The position numbers and the translations under genes were made by a program. From assembly GCA_002269645.1 (NCBI GenBank), contig NIVC01003203.1, forward strand, positions 1 to 64,000: a stretch of DNA of 64,000 nucleotides, in the 5' to 3' direction. The notes under the pieces were generated by a model. The model was not told the DNA's origin and searched no databases. It was given only the letters and a program-made list of their open reading frames with translations. This document shows, piece after piece, positions 1-12,608 of this stretch (position 1 is the first letter of the stretch; every line of letters begins with the position of its first letter). Source of the stretch: Macrostomum lignano. Lineage: Eukaryota.

Positions 1-894
1 GGTGAAACAGTCAAGTAAGTGTGTGAGCAGGCTGGCCCAGACAGAAGGGCCGTGGTGAGAAATAAGGAGGCTCGAGGCAGCCAGACAAACAGATAAGACA
101 GCTAAGAGGCCGCAAGGAAGGAAACAAGGAACAAGGAGGAGAGAGAGGAGAGTGGAGTGCCCGCCGCCAGGCGGGGGGGTTTAATAAAAGAGCGCAGAGG
201 GGGGTAGCGCGAGCACGAGTGATTTCATTGGCTGGCGAGAGAACTTAAAATTATCGATCGTGCCAATTTTATACGGTTGCGAGAGAGGATAGCAAAATAT
301 ACAATGAATTATAAATTGCCACAAAATCGTTGGGCACTACTACAAGTAAACGTCGCAATAAACGAATGGAAAAGTTTAGTTGAAACGGTGAAACTGAAGG
401 GTTGAATGACTATGGAGAACAGCAGTCCAACGGCCCTTTTCGGGACCACCTTAAACTGACAACGTCACAGCATGGTACGGAAATTTCGACAAATCTTGCA
501 CTAATCAAATCACATGACAAACACAGCATGACGTGTTTAAATGGTAAATTGTATGTACGCGTTTAACAGTATAGTTTACCCCTTCTTTTGTTTTCGGATA
601 AATGTACGCATACTTCGACCGCATACTGTAGGCAGACAGGAATGAAGTCGTAAACGCATCGCCGCATAAGGTTGGTAGAATATTTTCCGTCCCAAAGTTA
701 AATGTACGAGTTCAAGCGTTGTTGAACAAATAAAAGCGATGAAAGGAGAGACGAAAAATGGAGAGGTAATTGTTGTGCAGCTGTGTGACGAGTTCGTTCA
801 TTTTCGAGGTTTGCATATAGTCCAGAAAAAGCAAGCCTGTTGACAGAATGGTATAAGAGGGGCTTCTTTTTATGTAAACAGAGGCTCGCAGAAC

Positions 895-900
895 TATAAA
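895..900 (+). promoter_or_regulatory. TATA box upstream of copy 1
   Basis: TATAAA about 85 nt upstream of the ATG; an equivalent TATAAA lies at 2934-2939 upstream of copy 2. Confidence 0.45.
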
Positions 901-983
901 CTGCACAAATAAAAGCTACGGTCCTTAAAACTTGCCCGTAGGTTTCAAGAACAGCGCTCGATTTTTAACCGATCAAAATAATC

Positions 984-1409
984 ATGAAGGCCGAACTGCT
1001 GCTGCTGACTGAGTTCCTGTGTTTCCTGCTTTTATTACCTGGCTCTGAAGCTTATTACTACTATTTCTATAGCTGCTCATACTCCTGCATTGTCGGTGCA
1101 GTTATTGGCTGCCTGACCTTCCTCGGCCTGCTAATCGGGCTCATTGTGTTCCTCTGCTGCTACTGCCAGGCCTCAAAGAAGAGAAGCGTTCAACCAGCTG
1201 GAAACGGCATGGCCTCGATCAGCACGGTGCAGTCAGCCGGTGGCAGCGGCGGGGCATTCTACCCGCAGCAGAACTATCCGCCAGCCTATAACCAGAGCCA
1301 GCAGGCGTACCCGTCGACGGCTGGCTGGAACCCGCCGCCACCTGCTGGTGTGTCGCAGCCGCCTGACACGGCCTACCCGCCGCCGCCGTACCAACCAAAA
1401 CAGGGCTGA
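984..1409 (+). CDS. Small single-pass membrane protein, Shisa-like/CYYR1-like (signal peptide, Tyr-rich ectodomain, TM, Cys cluster, PPxY tail), copy 1
   Basis: Intronless ATG..TGA ORF of 141 aa: hydrophobic leader, AYYYYFYSCSYSC, TM IVGAVIGCLTFLGLLIGLIVFL, LCCYC, tail with YPPAY and YPPPPY; three paralogs nearby. Confidence 0.85.
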   Translation: MKAELLLLTEFLCFLLLLPGSEAYYYYFYSCSYSCIVGAVIGCLTFLGLLIGLIVFLCCYCQASKKRSVQPAGNGMASISTVQSAGGSGGAFYPQQNYPPAYNQSQQAYPSTAGWNPPPPAGVSQPPDTAYPPPPYQPKQG

Positions 1410-3025
1410 GCTCATCGGGTGACTCTGCAGTCTGCCGTGTCTGATGCATGCTATGCAAGGTTGTTGCAACTGAGAATTGAAATACGCTGTGTATATGTAA
1501 ACTCCTGGAAAAGTGATTTCTATTTTGCTCAATTTTATTTTTTCAATTTGTGTACAAGTATCTAAAAGTGATACAATTATACATTTTAACTGATATACGA
1601 GCGTATATTGATTGATAATGCGTTCATCATTCTAATCAGCTGACGATACGTAGAAGTGAGACTCGATGCAAATCATCTCTTTAAAACGTACACTCTTCAT
1701 CCCCAACAAGTTAAAGTATTTTGTAAGTCTTCGTGAAATTGATTATCTAGATGGTTAATATTCCATCTATTGCATTCCTTTGCTTTTGTTTATTTTTTAT
1801 TCCCTACTCACTTATCCAAGTATAAATAGTGGCGAAAAGAATTAACCTTCCAGTTTCTGTAGTGAGCGGACTTTTTCCTGAAATTTTGCATTTTGGAGGG
1901 CTTGAGTGCATGCAATCGGATAATTGAACGGAGCGCTTTGCCCTACAGCACTGATTCCCAGACTTCAATCATTGCTCCCTATTGAAATTGGTGCAAAGTA
2001 TCGTGGCGTACAGTTGATTTGCATGCGACGCCACACCAAACATGCGGGATCAGAGTAATAATTGACCCCTCATGATGAAACTATAATCATAGAGCGATTT
2101 AGAACCCAATCAATACAATAATAGCGAGTGGTTTTTTAATAATAATGCCTCCAAATCCTCATCACCTCAAGCCAAAAAAATTGTCTCAGACTGCTTTTGC
2201 TACTTCTTTCTGCAACTAAAATACATGTAGGCTTAGAAAACGTGTCTAAGCATTTCGAGTGTTTACTTCTTACTTTTTACTCTTTACCTCTCGACCTGAC
2301 TCCCGTCGTTTTTGTTCGTTTGTTTTGGAAGGTCGCATTGAGCAGCACCGAGTGCGGCGAGTCCAAGGATGTCAGTGTCCACGTCTTACGTACAGAAGAA
2401 CGGAGAGTAAAACATGCAGTCTTTGCTGGAAGACTGGCTATTACATGTATTAACTTCATTTTTGGCTACTGACAGTAGTTGACAAGCGTCGCCAATGAAA
2501 GATTCTGTTTTTTAAAGGTAAAAATGATGCCTTCAGATATTTTCAGTCTGTTGTTGTTTAAAACAGCCAGCAATTGCGTAGACCAGACTGAGAAGAGAGT
2601 TTAAGCAGATTAAGTGAGACGACTTTCCGAATTCGAGCGTACAGCCCCGGCTTGCACTCAATTTCCATAAATAAAGCGAGTATACTCAGATGCAGCGAAC
2701 GATAGCAACAGATGACGCCAAACCAACAACACGTAGCAAGTTCTTTAGTTTTTATCTGTCGGTAGGTTAACAGAAGAGAAGAGATGCAGAGATTCAGTAA
2801 GGCTAGAGAAGAGAAAATTAGGCTGACAAAACGAGGTTGCCTCGGTCCTGAAGCTGCACGCACAGTGAAAATTGCCTTGCCAAAAACTTAGCTATGTAAA
2901 AACAAAACAACTAGGGGGGAGGGCAGTGCCAAATATAAATTCGCTTCTCCAGTAGATTTAGTCGCGCAACGCACCGAGAAAAAAGTTGGTGAAACAAAAA
3001 AAATAGCATTATCAAACGAAAAAAC

Positions 3026-3619
3026 ATGCCGGAAGTCAAAGATCTACTGCTGGTGCTCCTACTTTGTTTTGTGTTCGTCCTGAAGCCTGCTGATGCAGTA
3101 TACTACTCATACTACTACTACTATAGATACAGTCGCTACTACTACTCCTACTACTACTTTTACAGCTATTTTTACGGCTACAGAACTTCAACAGCCAACC
3201 CGAATGCTATTACAGAAGCAAGTACGTCCAGTAGCGGTTGCAGATCCGGCTGCATCGCCGGAGCGGTGATTGGTGGTCTGGTACTGCTAGGCGTTCTGAT
3301 CGGCATCACCGTCTTGATCTACAGTGTGTGCAAGGCCAACAAAAAGCGGACTGTCCGGCCATCCACCACGGGCACGTCGATGAGCAGTGCCCAGCCGTCG
3401 GCGCCGCCAACCGACAGCGGCGTCTCTTCAATCTCCTATCCAAGTCGACGCCATCAAGTGTTTCCTCAGCAACCGCCAGCCTACGAAGAGAGCCAAATGG
3501 GCCCGCCGGTCTACCCGCCAGGATTCGGCGTGTACCCGCCGCCACCGCCGGGTGTGGCGCAGCCGGACACCGCCTACCCGCCGGAGCCGCCGCCCGCTTA
3601 TCAGCCACGACAGGCCTGA
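3026..3619 (+). CDS. Tyr-rich PPxY membrane protein, copy 2
   Basis: 197-aa intronless ORF, same architecture (GCIAGAVIGG TM start, CK..KRTVRP, PPAY, QPDTAYPP..PPPAY); longest Tyr tract. Confidence 0.85.
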   Translation: MPEVKDLLLVLLLCFVFVLKPADAVYYSYYYYYRYSRYYYSYYYFYSYFYGYRTSTANPNAITEASTSSSGCRSGCIAGAVIGGLVLLGVLIGITVLIYSVCKANKKRTVRPSTTGTSMSSAQPSAPPTDSGVSSISYPSRRHQVFPQQPPAYEESQMGPPVYPPGFGVYPPPPPGVAQPDTAYPPEPPPAYQPRQA

Positions 3620-4085
3620 TTCGTACCTGATTTGTGTTTTTATTAGAGCTGATGATAAACTGTCAGAAACGTTTCTGACATAGACTAAGGGCATAAACTA
3701 AGCACCGCTGTGTATAAAAGAACGCAATACTTCCAACGTCTATTTATGCATTCTAGAGGTTTACGTTGACTCACGACTAACCGTTTTCATGAGACGCATA
3801 GACATCTGTCATCGTCTATGGGACAGTTGTAAAGTAGTTTGTTTTTAGTTACATTTACACATATTTACGCGTGCGTCAAATTATTCTTGATTACGAATGC
3901 CTATTGATACCCTGTGCGATAATTTGACATGAAATAAAAGATATTATTTTCCTCACAGATGTCTAACAATATAATTATATTTCAAATAAAATCATGTCTA
4001 CCCAAGCAAAAAGCTGCTAAATGCATTTATTGGTTTATTTAATGCAAAAGCACAACAGACATCCGTCGTATAATAGAACCGGTTG

Positions 4086-5217
<1,132 letters not shown>

Positions 5218-6411
5218 TTTTTTCTAAAATGCTTTTGTCATCATCTTCTCTACAAGCTCGTAATTACATTAATTCTTAGAGTTCTCTAATTCCGTACTTT
5301 GAAAATTCGGGAGGGCTTGAGTTCAAGCAATTGGATAACTGAAAGGAAGTTGATTTGCACGCGACACCACACTGAAGACGCGTGTTCAGTGCGTGAAGCT
5401 GCAATTTTTTCAGCCATGATTCTACAAGTTTCTCGGTTCAGATTTTGAAAAACAACTAGTACGGAGAACTGGCGGACAAGCGGAATTCAAAATGTAACAC
5501 TTTTCCTATCCCTCAATGTACTTCTAAATGGTTTTGCTCTCGTTGGAATATCTGTGAATGAAGTAAAGCTATGGAGTTCAATGTAATGTCGACCAGACAA
5601 TTAAGCCATGCATGATTGCTTCAAACTAATTTCAGGCAGCTCAACTTAAGAACAACCGTATGTATTTCCTGTAAAAGTTTTGTAGGGCCTAGTCTTGCCG
5701 AAAATTGGCTAGCCAAATGAGCGAAACTATGGGGCCAAGATGAGCTTGCAATGGCAGTATTCTTTCAATTTTTGTCTCAATGACTGTCTGAAGTATTTTC
5801 TTCATTATTTGTTAGTGCCAGCGTGAAAGCTTCCAGGTCAATTAACCTGTCGCCTTGATTTACGGAGATTCCCAAAACCCCAATCCAACAGATTAACAAA
5901 ACGGTTGACTGCGAAGACTACATGTACGAATATGGCTGCCTCGCTAGACATTGTTACCTCCAGTGGAATATCCGTAGTGAAGACCCATCTTTGCTGACCT
6001 ACCTCGGCCCAAACCCAGACCTCTCCGACGTTTTCAATCCCGAGAATCTACCGGGCGAGCGACCATCCACTTTCTGGATCGCGCTGCGGACACCGGCAAC
6101 ACCGGATCTCCCTGCGCGACACCGCAGCACCAGCTGCCCGTGGTTGCCAGGGTTTTTTTAGCGGAATGGGGTAGCAACGCCTCTGCGCTGCATCCGGACT
6201 CCAGGAGCCCCCTGCAGCTACATTCACAAGTTGCGTGCCCAGTCTCAGTTCAGGAGTAAGCATAGAAACCGTGCAAAGAGCTCAAGTGGAGAAAATATAT
6301 TTAGAACACTCCTGAGTTCAACATTTACCAAGCCATTTATCTGGTGTCAATTTTCATTTTTTGTCTTCATTAAAATTACTTAAACACGAGAAAATCAATG
6401 TCACTTCTTAA

Positions 6412-7624
6412 GGGGTGCTTTCACAAGGTCGAAATTTCACAACATCGAAAACTCTAGCAGAAGACTTAATAATTGTAAGCCTTCGAGGCTTTTCTATATT
6501 CTATTGTTGTTTAGTAGGCCTATATATGTTGTAGGTGTTTTTCTGTTTGTCACTTAGTCTAATTTATCCTAACCAGTCATTGCCAAAGTTATAGGGTTTT
6601 TTTCTCTTTTCAAAGTTTTTCTCTTTTCCCCTAAATTTATCCTACTTCTGATACCAAATTTTAGGTGCTTTTTACTGCACTAATTCCAAAATGCTTCCCA
6701 ACTATATAGCTAAACTAACAGCTTATGTAAACTAACCCATCGTCCCAGTAGTGATAAGACACTTAGCAGAGCACTCAGCACTCCTTGACGTTGAACTACT
6801 TAAAGAAGAGGTGATTAAAAACTTCTCTGAACCAAAGCTATTAAACCAAAAAATAATAATATAAACATTGACACAATAAAGACTTTAGTTTTCTACACTG
6901 TAAAATTTTGATATTTTCATACTTGAAGCTGCTAAATTCTCAGTTTTTACATTGTAAAATTTCGATCTTATGAAAGTGGCTGCTTTTCGAGTTTTCAATG
7001 TTGTGAAATTTCTACCTTATGAAAGTGGCTGCTTTTCGAGTTTTCAATGTTGTGAAATTTCTACCTTATGAAAGTGGCTGCTTTTCGAGTTTTCGATGTT
7101 GTGAAATTTCTACCTTATGAAAGTGGCTGCTTTTCGAGTTTTCGATGTTGTGAAATTTCTACCTTATGAAAGTGGCTGCTTTTCGAGTTTTCGATGTTGT
7201 GAAATTTCGACCTTGTGAAATTTCGACCTTATGAAAGTGGCTGCTTTTCGAGTTTTCGATGTTGTGAAATTTCGACCTTGTGAAATTTCTACCTTATGAA
7301 GTCTCTTGCTAAAGTTTTCAATGTTGTGAAATTTCTACCTTATGAAAGTGGCTGCTTTTCGAGTTTTCAATGTTGTGAAATTTCTACCTTATGAAAGTGG
7401 CTGCTTTTCGAGTTTTCGATGTTGTGAAATTTCTACCTTATGAAAGTGGCTGCTTTTCGAGTTTTCGATGTTGTGAAATTTCGACCTTGTGAAATTTCGA
7501 CCTTATGAAAGTGGCTGCTTTTCGAGTTTTCGATGTTATGAAATTTCGACCTTGTGAAATTTCGACCTTATGAAAGAGGGTGCTTTCGACGTTGTGAAAT
7601 TTCGAGTTTGTGAAACCCCCCCCC
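6412..7624. mobile_element. Non-autonomous TIR DNA transposon with 8-bp TSD (CTTCTTAA)
   Basis: Left end GGGGTGCTTTCACAAGGTCGAAATTTCACAAC matches reverse complement of right end GTTGTGAAATTTCGAGTTTGTGAAACCCCC; CTTCTTAA at 6404-6411 and 7625-7632; no transposase ORF. Confidence 0.7.
6975..7575. repeat. 49-bp minisatellite inside the TIR element
   Basis: Unit GTTGTGAAATTTCTACCTTATGAAAGTGGCTGCTTTTCGAGTTTTCAAT repeated about 10-11 times, contains the TIR core. Confidence 0.92.
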
Positions 7625-7975
7625 CTTCTTAACTTAATTTATTGCATAACTGTCTTTACAGTGAATATTTGCACGTGACAAATAAACACCACAGAGTGAG
7701 ACTGCATAAGCATAGTCAAAAATATGCAAAATATACACGAAACTATCACGGGTGATGATGGATCAGACGTGACCACAAAACCATTAATAAAGAAAACATT
7801 TTGTACAGACACTATTTTTAACAGAGAACCGGCTGCGGGCGTCTCTTGGGACGGACGTAAAGCAGTAGCACTGTAAACTTGGTCAGTAAAACTAAATTTG
7901 ACAATACTTGTCAGCCTTTTGTCACAGACTTATTTTCTGGACTAAAAAGACACAACTCTCTGTGTCAGCCACTCA

Positions 7976-8463
7976 TCAGGCCTGCTGAGGCTGGTAGGCC
8001 GGCGGCGGAACCGGCGGGTAGGCGGTGTCCGGCTGGGTCGACCCGGGTGCTACCGGCGGGTACATCTGGCTCTCGCTGTAGTTCGGCGGCTTCACCTGCA
8101 GCTGAGCGGGATACTGCTGCTGCTGCGGATTCGTAGGATAGGCGCCGTTGCTGCTGCTGGCAGGTGGCGGGTGGTCATTACCGCGCCCGTAGTGGCCGGT
8201 CTGACGCTTTGCTTTTTGGTCGACTTGCAGAAGCAGCAGTATACAACGAAGAAAGCCACAATGATAACGACGAACGCCAAGATTCCAACAACGACTCCAG
8301 CGATGCAATTCGTCGTTGTGCAGCTTGAACTCCTGTAGCTCCTGTAGAACGAGCTTCTGTAAGAAGAATAATAAAAATTGTAAAGTGCATCAGCACCCTG
8401 CAGCAGAAGCAGAAAGCAGAGCAGATAAGCCGGCAGCAGAGCAGCTCTGATTTCGAAAATCAT
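7976..8463 (-). pseudogene. Tyr-rich PPxY membrane protein, copy 3, with 1-nt frameshift (pseudogene or sequence error)
   Basis: ATG at 8463; N-half in one frame and PPxY tail in another; versus copy 4 (ATGACCATCCCG) this copy reads ATGACCACCCG, missing one base near 8171. Confidence 0.75.
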
Positions 8464-9183
8464 TGTGCTCAGCAAATTAATCGAATATGCGAGTCGTTAC
8501 GGTTGCAGCTTTTAGCGCAGAATCTGTCTAGCGTCGTCACTGTGCGCCTTGGCTGTTATTTTTCTGGACCCGAAACGGCTGCGCCCTGCGCCATTTTAAA
8601 TACTTTGCCCGCCCATGCTGGCCCTGTTGACATTTTTTGGTCTTTTTCGTTCCAACTTGAGACTACCAAGGCTACCTTGCTGTCCACCTTTATTCTGTGT
8701 GCATCTATCTCTCGCCTCTCATTGTGGATAAATAGGTGAACTCGCTGTGCTGTATATACAGCTCCAACCTGGCTCAATTGTCTGCAGCAACTCGGTTTAG
8801 TCTCAATCTGGGCGCAGTACTCAAGTAGAACAACAGTAGAACAGTGCTGGCTTAGATTGTGCAATATGGACAAAAGCCTAAAGTATGCAATGGAAGCGCC
8901 CAAATGGCTTGTTTTTTTCTCCAGAGGCCTGTTTAGGATTCAAAAAACGCATTTGTTGTCTGACAGATTCGCCTCCTTCCAGAGAAATTTCAGGTATTCT
9001 GACCCCATGTTTACTCTCTTTCTCGACGGTAGAGTTTTGTTTGTGGTAATACCCCAAACTTAAAATTTTCAAAAGCGCATCTTTTCAAATTCCAAAATAT
9101 TGCACAAGTACGAGCGAACTGAATGGTTCCTGCACGGCCACGAGTGCGGGAATGACATCTGCACGAGTGAACGTGAAGGAATC

Positions 9184-9367
9184 CCATTGTCGGCTGATTT
9201 TCCATGCAGGAATGGCATTCTTGCACTCTTTTGCGTGCGGGAATGGATTTCTATAGTAAAGTCTCACTGAAAAAGCGTTAGGCGCAGAAATGCATTCCTG
9301 CACGGTTTTGTGCATTAAATTTTTGAGCAAGAATGCCATTCCTGCACGGAAAATCAGCCGGCAATGG
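9184..9367. mobile_element. Short foldback/MITE-like element
   Basis: Arms about 9184-9224 and 9328-9367 are near-perfect inverted repeats (CGGCTGATTTTCCATGCAGGAATGGCATTCTTGC), with a second inner inverted pair. Confidence 0.55.
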
Positions 9368-10214
9368 CCGACTGGCACTAAACTTCGGTAAAGGTCCTCA
9401 ACTTCGCAGAGCGGGCAGATACATAGTACAATATACATGACGCAGAAGTACACACAATCACGGACCTAGACTCTGAAATAATGGAGATGTCAAGCCACCA
9501 CAATTGCCATAGAATATGAACGTCGAACTCTTTTATTTTGAATAAGATGTAAATCTTGGCCTATGAAAATGTAAATTAGGGCCAATGAAAGCAGAGAATT
9601 TTTACAACATTTTAAAAACATTTTTACAACATTAAAAAAGTTTTTTCTTGAATGGATCTGAACAGCTCACCGTCTAGCGCAGACAGCACAGAAATCATAC
9701 AGAATGCCAAATCAAACAATTTTCATGAAGCCGAATTAAAATTCGTGCGCACTACTTTTGTTGTGAAACTATGGCCAGTAGTATCGACCAACTATACAGT
9801 GTAGCAATAGCTCACCAAGATTACCAGTGATGAATTTTAACGTTACGTGGAGTGAGTTTCTATCGAAATTCACAAAACTTGAATCTTAAAACACCGGTAA
9901 ACAGCATTTATTCGCATCAGATTCTAACAGCTGATGCAACAAGAGTGCTTCACAACAAGAGTAGTCTAATGCCATCTTCATTCTTGCATCGATTTTATAA
10001 AAAATATTCGATTCAGCAGTCTTGTATGAATAATTCTTCCGTGGCAGGTCGAATGAAAAAGTGTCAGAATGACTCAAAAGCAAGCAGTCTACGGGTCAGC
10101 TTTCTTCCCGCGCTGACAAACTCCAAGTGGAGTCGAGACAAGAATACGCGATATACGATAGCAATACGTGCTTGAAACGGTAGCTTCGTTATGAGTTAGA
10201 CAGCTGCTTCATGA

Positions 10215-10635
10215 AGCCATCTGTCTGCAACTGAAGTTTATCAATGGGACACTCACTAATCATGGGTACGCAGAAATTCTGTACTCTACCCTTTGGACTA
10301 GCAAGCATGGGTCCCGACTTCTTCATACTGCAAGATAATAACGCAAGCTCGCGTCGCTGTGCGGATGTGCAGCAGCTTCATGGGGCAGCAACAACAATAC
10401 GTTGATATGGATTGGTCAGCCAAAAGCCCGGACTTAAATTCAATCAAGCAACCTGTGGGATGAGATGGGAAGAAGGCTTGTTCCAAGGAATATCACGAAC
10501 CTTGCAGCACTGACTCCTGCTATTGCAAAGGATCGGGCAGCGATACCGCAGCCCATTGTGAGCAGAGTGCTGCGGCTCGTGCGTTCTCGTTGCGACGCTG
10601 CCATCGCTGCACAGGGAGGAGCAAGAAGATACTAA
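10215..10635 (+). mobile_element. Degenerate Tc1/mariner transposase C-terminal relic
   Basis: Fragments read KFINGTLT..Y.EIL, FILQDNNA, MDWSAKSPDLNSI, LWDEMG, RSRCDAAIAAQGGARRY* matching Tc1 DDE-region motifs (WPxxSPDLNPIE; C.A.I.A.GG.T.Y); frameshifted. Confidence 0.8.
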
Positions 10636-12089
10636 AGAATCACTTTTATCCCCTTACTGCTACCCTGATGTGAATTATTTTGCCAGAATTTCCGTGTTAC
10701 AACTTTGTTTGTGTTGATATTGTTTCTGATTATTTGATTATTTGACTCTTTTTTAACTTAACTAACAAAGGAGACAATGGATAAATGATCAGTGGTCCCA
10801 GTGCGTGACAACGATTGTCTGGCGAGCGCCGGTAGGCGCGAGCCATAAGACAAATCGTTGTCACGTGCTGCGACCGCTGATTCTTTGCATTGTTTTTCTG
10901 TTTGACGATCCTACAGACAATGCATTGTTTGTAGTAATGGATTGTTCTGCATTAAAAATGTGAATAATGATCGTCAAATTGCTAAACAATGAAATGTTCT
11001 GCATTAAAACTGTGAATAATGATCGTCAAATTGCTAGACAATAAGGATAATATTGATTAAAGCATTTAGTGACGAAAAACGAAGGCCTAGACAGCCAAGT
11101 TGGCCATAGACTGTTTGCTCTTGAGTCATTCTGTCAGTTGCTGTTCGACCTGTCTGCTCTAAACAGTGAGCTGTTTCAAAATTGGAGCACTGTAAAATAA
11201 AAAAAACTTTTGTTAAATTGACTCGGCACGGATGATGTGGCTAGCCAGGCTGGAGTCATCCACCACGACAGCTCCTTTAGTGCCACTGTAGTTTTTCGCT
11301 CGTTGCATACGTTCGTTGTAAAGCGGAACAGCGCTCTAGCCATGATCCCCATTCAGAACACCACCTGGAACAAACCCGCCCTCTGGCGTCTGGTAGGGCT
11401 TCCGACTGCAGGACTGCCTACCCAGAACGAAAGACAGCCCAGACCAGCCGGAGACGTTTAGTCTCGTATCTTTGTGAACGTCATGCGGGACGAGATCGAC
11501 AAGGTAGACGAACTACAAAGTTGCAGAAGCTTATAGTGTTTGAATCGTGCATTTTTATCGCCTCAATCACAGAATAGAGTCGTCAAACGAATCAAATTAA
11601 ACTGTAGGATATTACAGTACGTTCTATAACGTTAATAGCGGAAAATTGACAAAAAGAGATGGTTTCTTTTTCTTGAGCAAGCATTGCTAGATAGCTAACT
11701 AGTGTAAAAATCAAGCGTAGCATTGTTCTGTATTAATGTCAGGCAGCTCACATCAGTACGTTTTTACCGAGTTTCTGTAACCAACAGAGCTTGGTTAGAG
11801 GTGCATACATGTACAAGCTGCAGTGTGATAAAAATATCTAAGAGAAGCAGGGGATGGATGCATGCAGAATAAAGGCAGACAGAGAGAAGGTAGACTTGGT
11901 TTGAGTAGGCTTGAGTTGGCTCGAATCCAATGGTTACCGAGGGTCAATAAAGCCAGCGCGGGCGGGCGCAGCAGTTTTGGGCCCAAAAAAGATATTTGTA
12001 GCCAAGGCGCACAGTGACGACGCTAGACAGATTCTGCGCTAAAGCTGCAACCGTAACGACTCGCATATTCGATTAATTTCCTGAGCACA

Positions 12090-12608
12090 ATGACGTTCGG
12101 AATCAGAGCTGCTCTGCTGCCGGCTTATCTGATCTGCTTTCTGCTTCTACTGCAGGCTGTGGATGCAGTTTACTACACATATTATTATTCTTCATACAGA
12201 TACTCGTACTCGTACTACAGAAGCTACTCGTACAGAAGCTCCTACTCCTACTATTACCTCTCCTGCTCAGTTGGCTGCATCGCTGGAGCCATTGTTGGCG
12301 CCTTGGTGTTCATCGGTGTCGTTGTGACTGTCATCGTTGTAGTCTGCTGTGTCTGCAAGTCTGCCAATAAGCGAAGCGTCAGACCGGCCACTACGGGAGC
12401 GGTCATGACCATCCCGCCACCTGCCAGCAGCAGCAACGGCGCCTATCCTACGAATCCGCAGCAGCAGCAGTATCCCGCTCAGCTGCAGATGAAGCCGCCG
12501 AACTACAGCGAGAGCCAGATGTACCCGCCGGTAGCGCCCGGGTCGACCCAGCCGGACACCGCCTACCCGCCGGGTCCGCCGCCAGCCTATCCGCCCCAGC
12601 ATGCCTGA
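12090..12608 (+). CDS. Tyr-rich PPxY membrane protein, copy 4
   Basis: 172-aa intronless ORF; near-identical tail and about 90 nt of 5' flank shared with copy 3 in inverted orientation. Confidence 0.88.
   Translation: MTFGIRAALLPAYLICFLLLLQAVDAVYYTYYYSSYRYSYSYYRSYSYRSSYSYYYLSCSVGCIAGAIVGALVFIGVVVTVIVVVCCVCKSANKRSVRPATTGAVMTIPPPASSSNGAYPTNPQQQQYPAQLQMKPPNYSESQMYPPVAPGSTQPDTAYPPGPPPAYPPQHA

Noticed and set aside
1144-3694. Overlapping alternative-frame and antisense ORFs over the Tyr/PPxY genes (similar shadows over BSG, H2B, RPL6, PPP)
   Set aside because: Shadow ORFs expected from GC-rich coding sequence; no independent motifs
5922-6263. GC-rich ORFs with LQWNIRS, reminiscent of a LINE endonuclease start
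   Set aside because: Only one short motif; the rest does not follow APE endonuclease motifs and no RT is nearby
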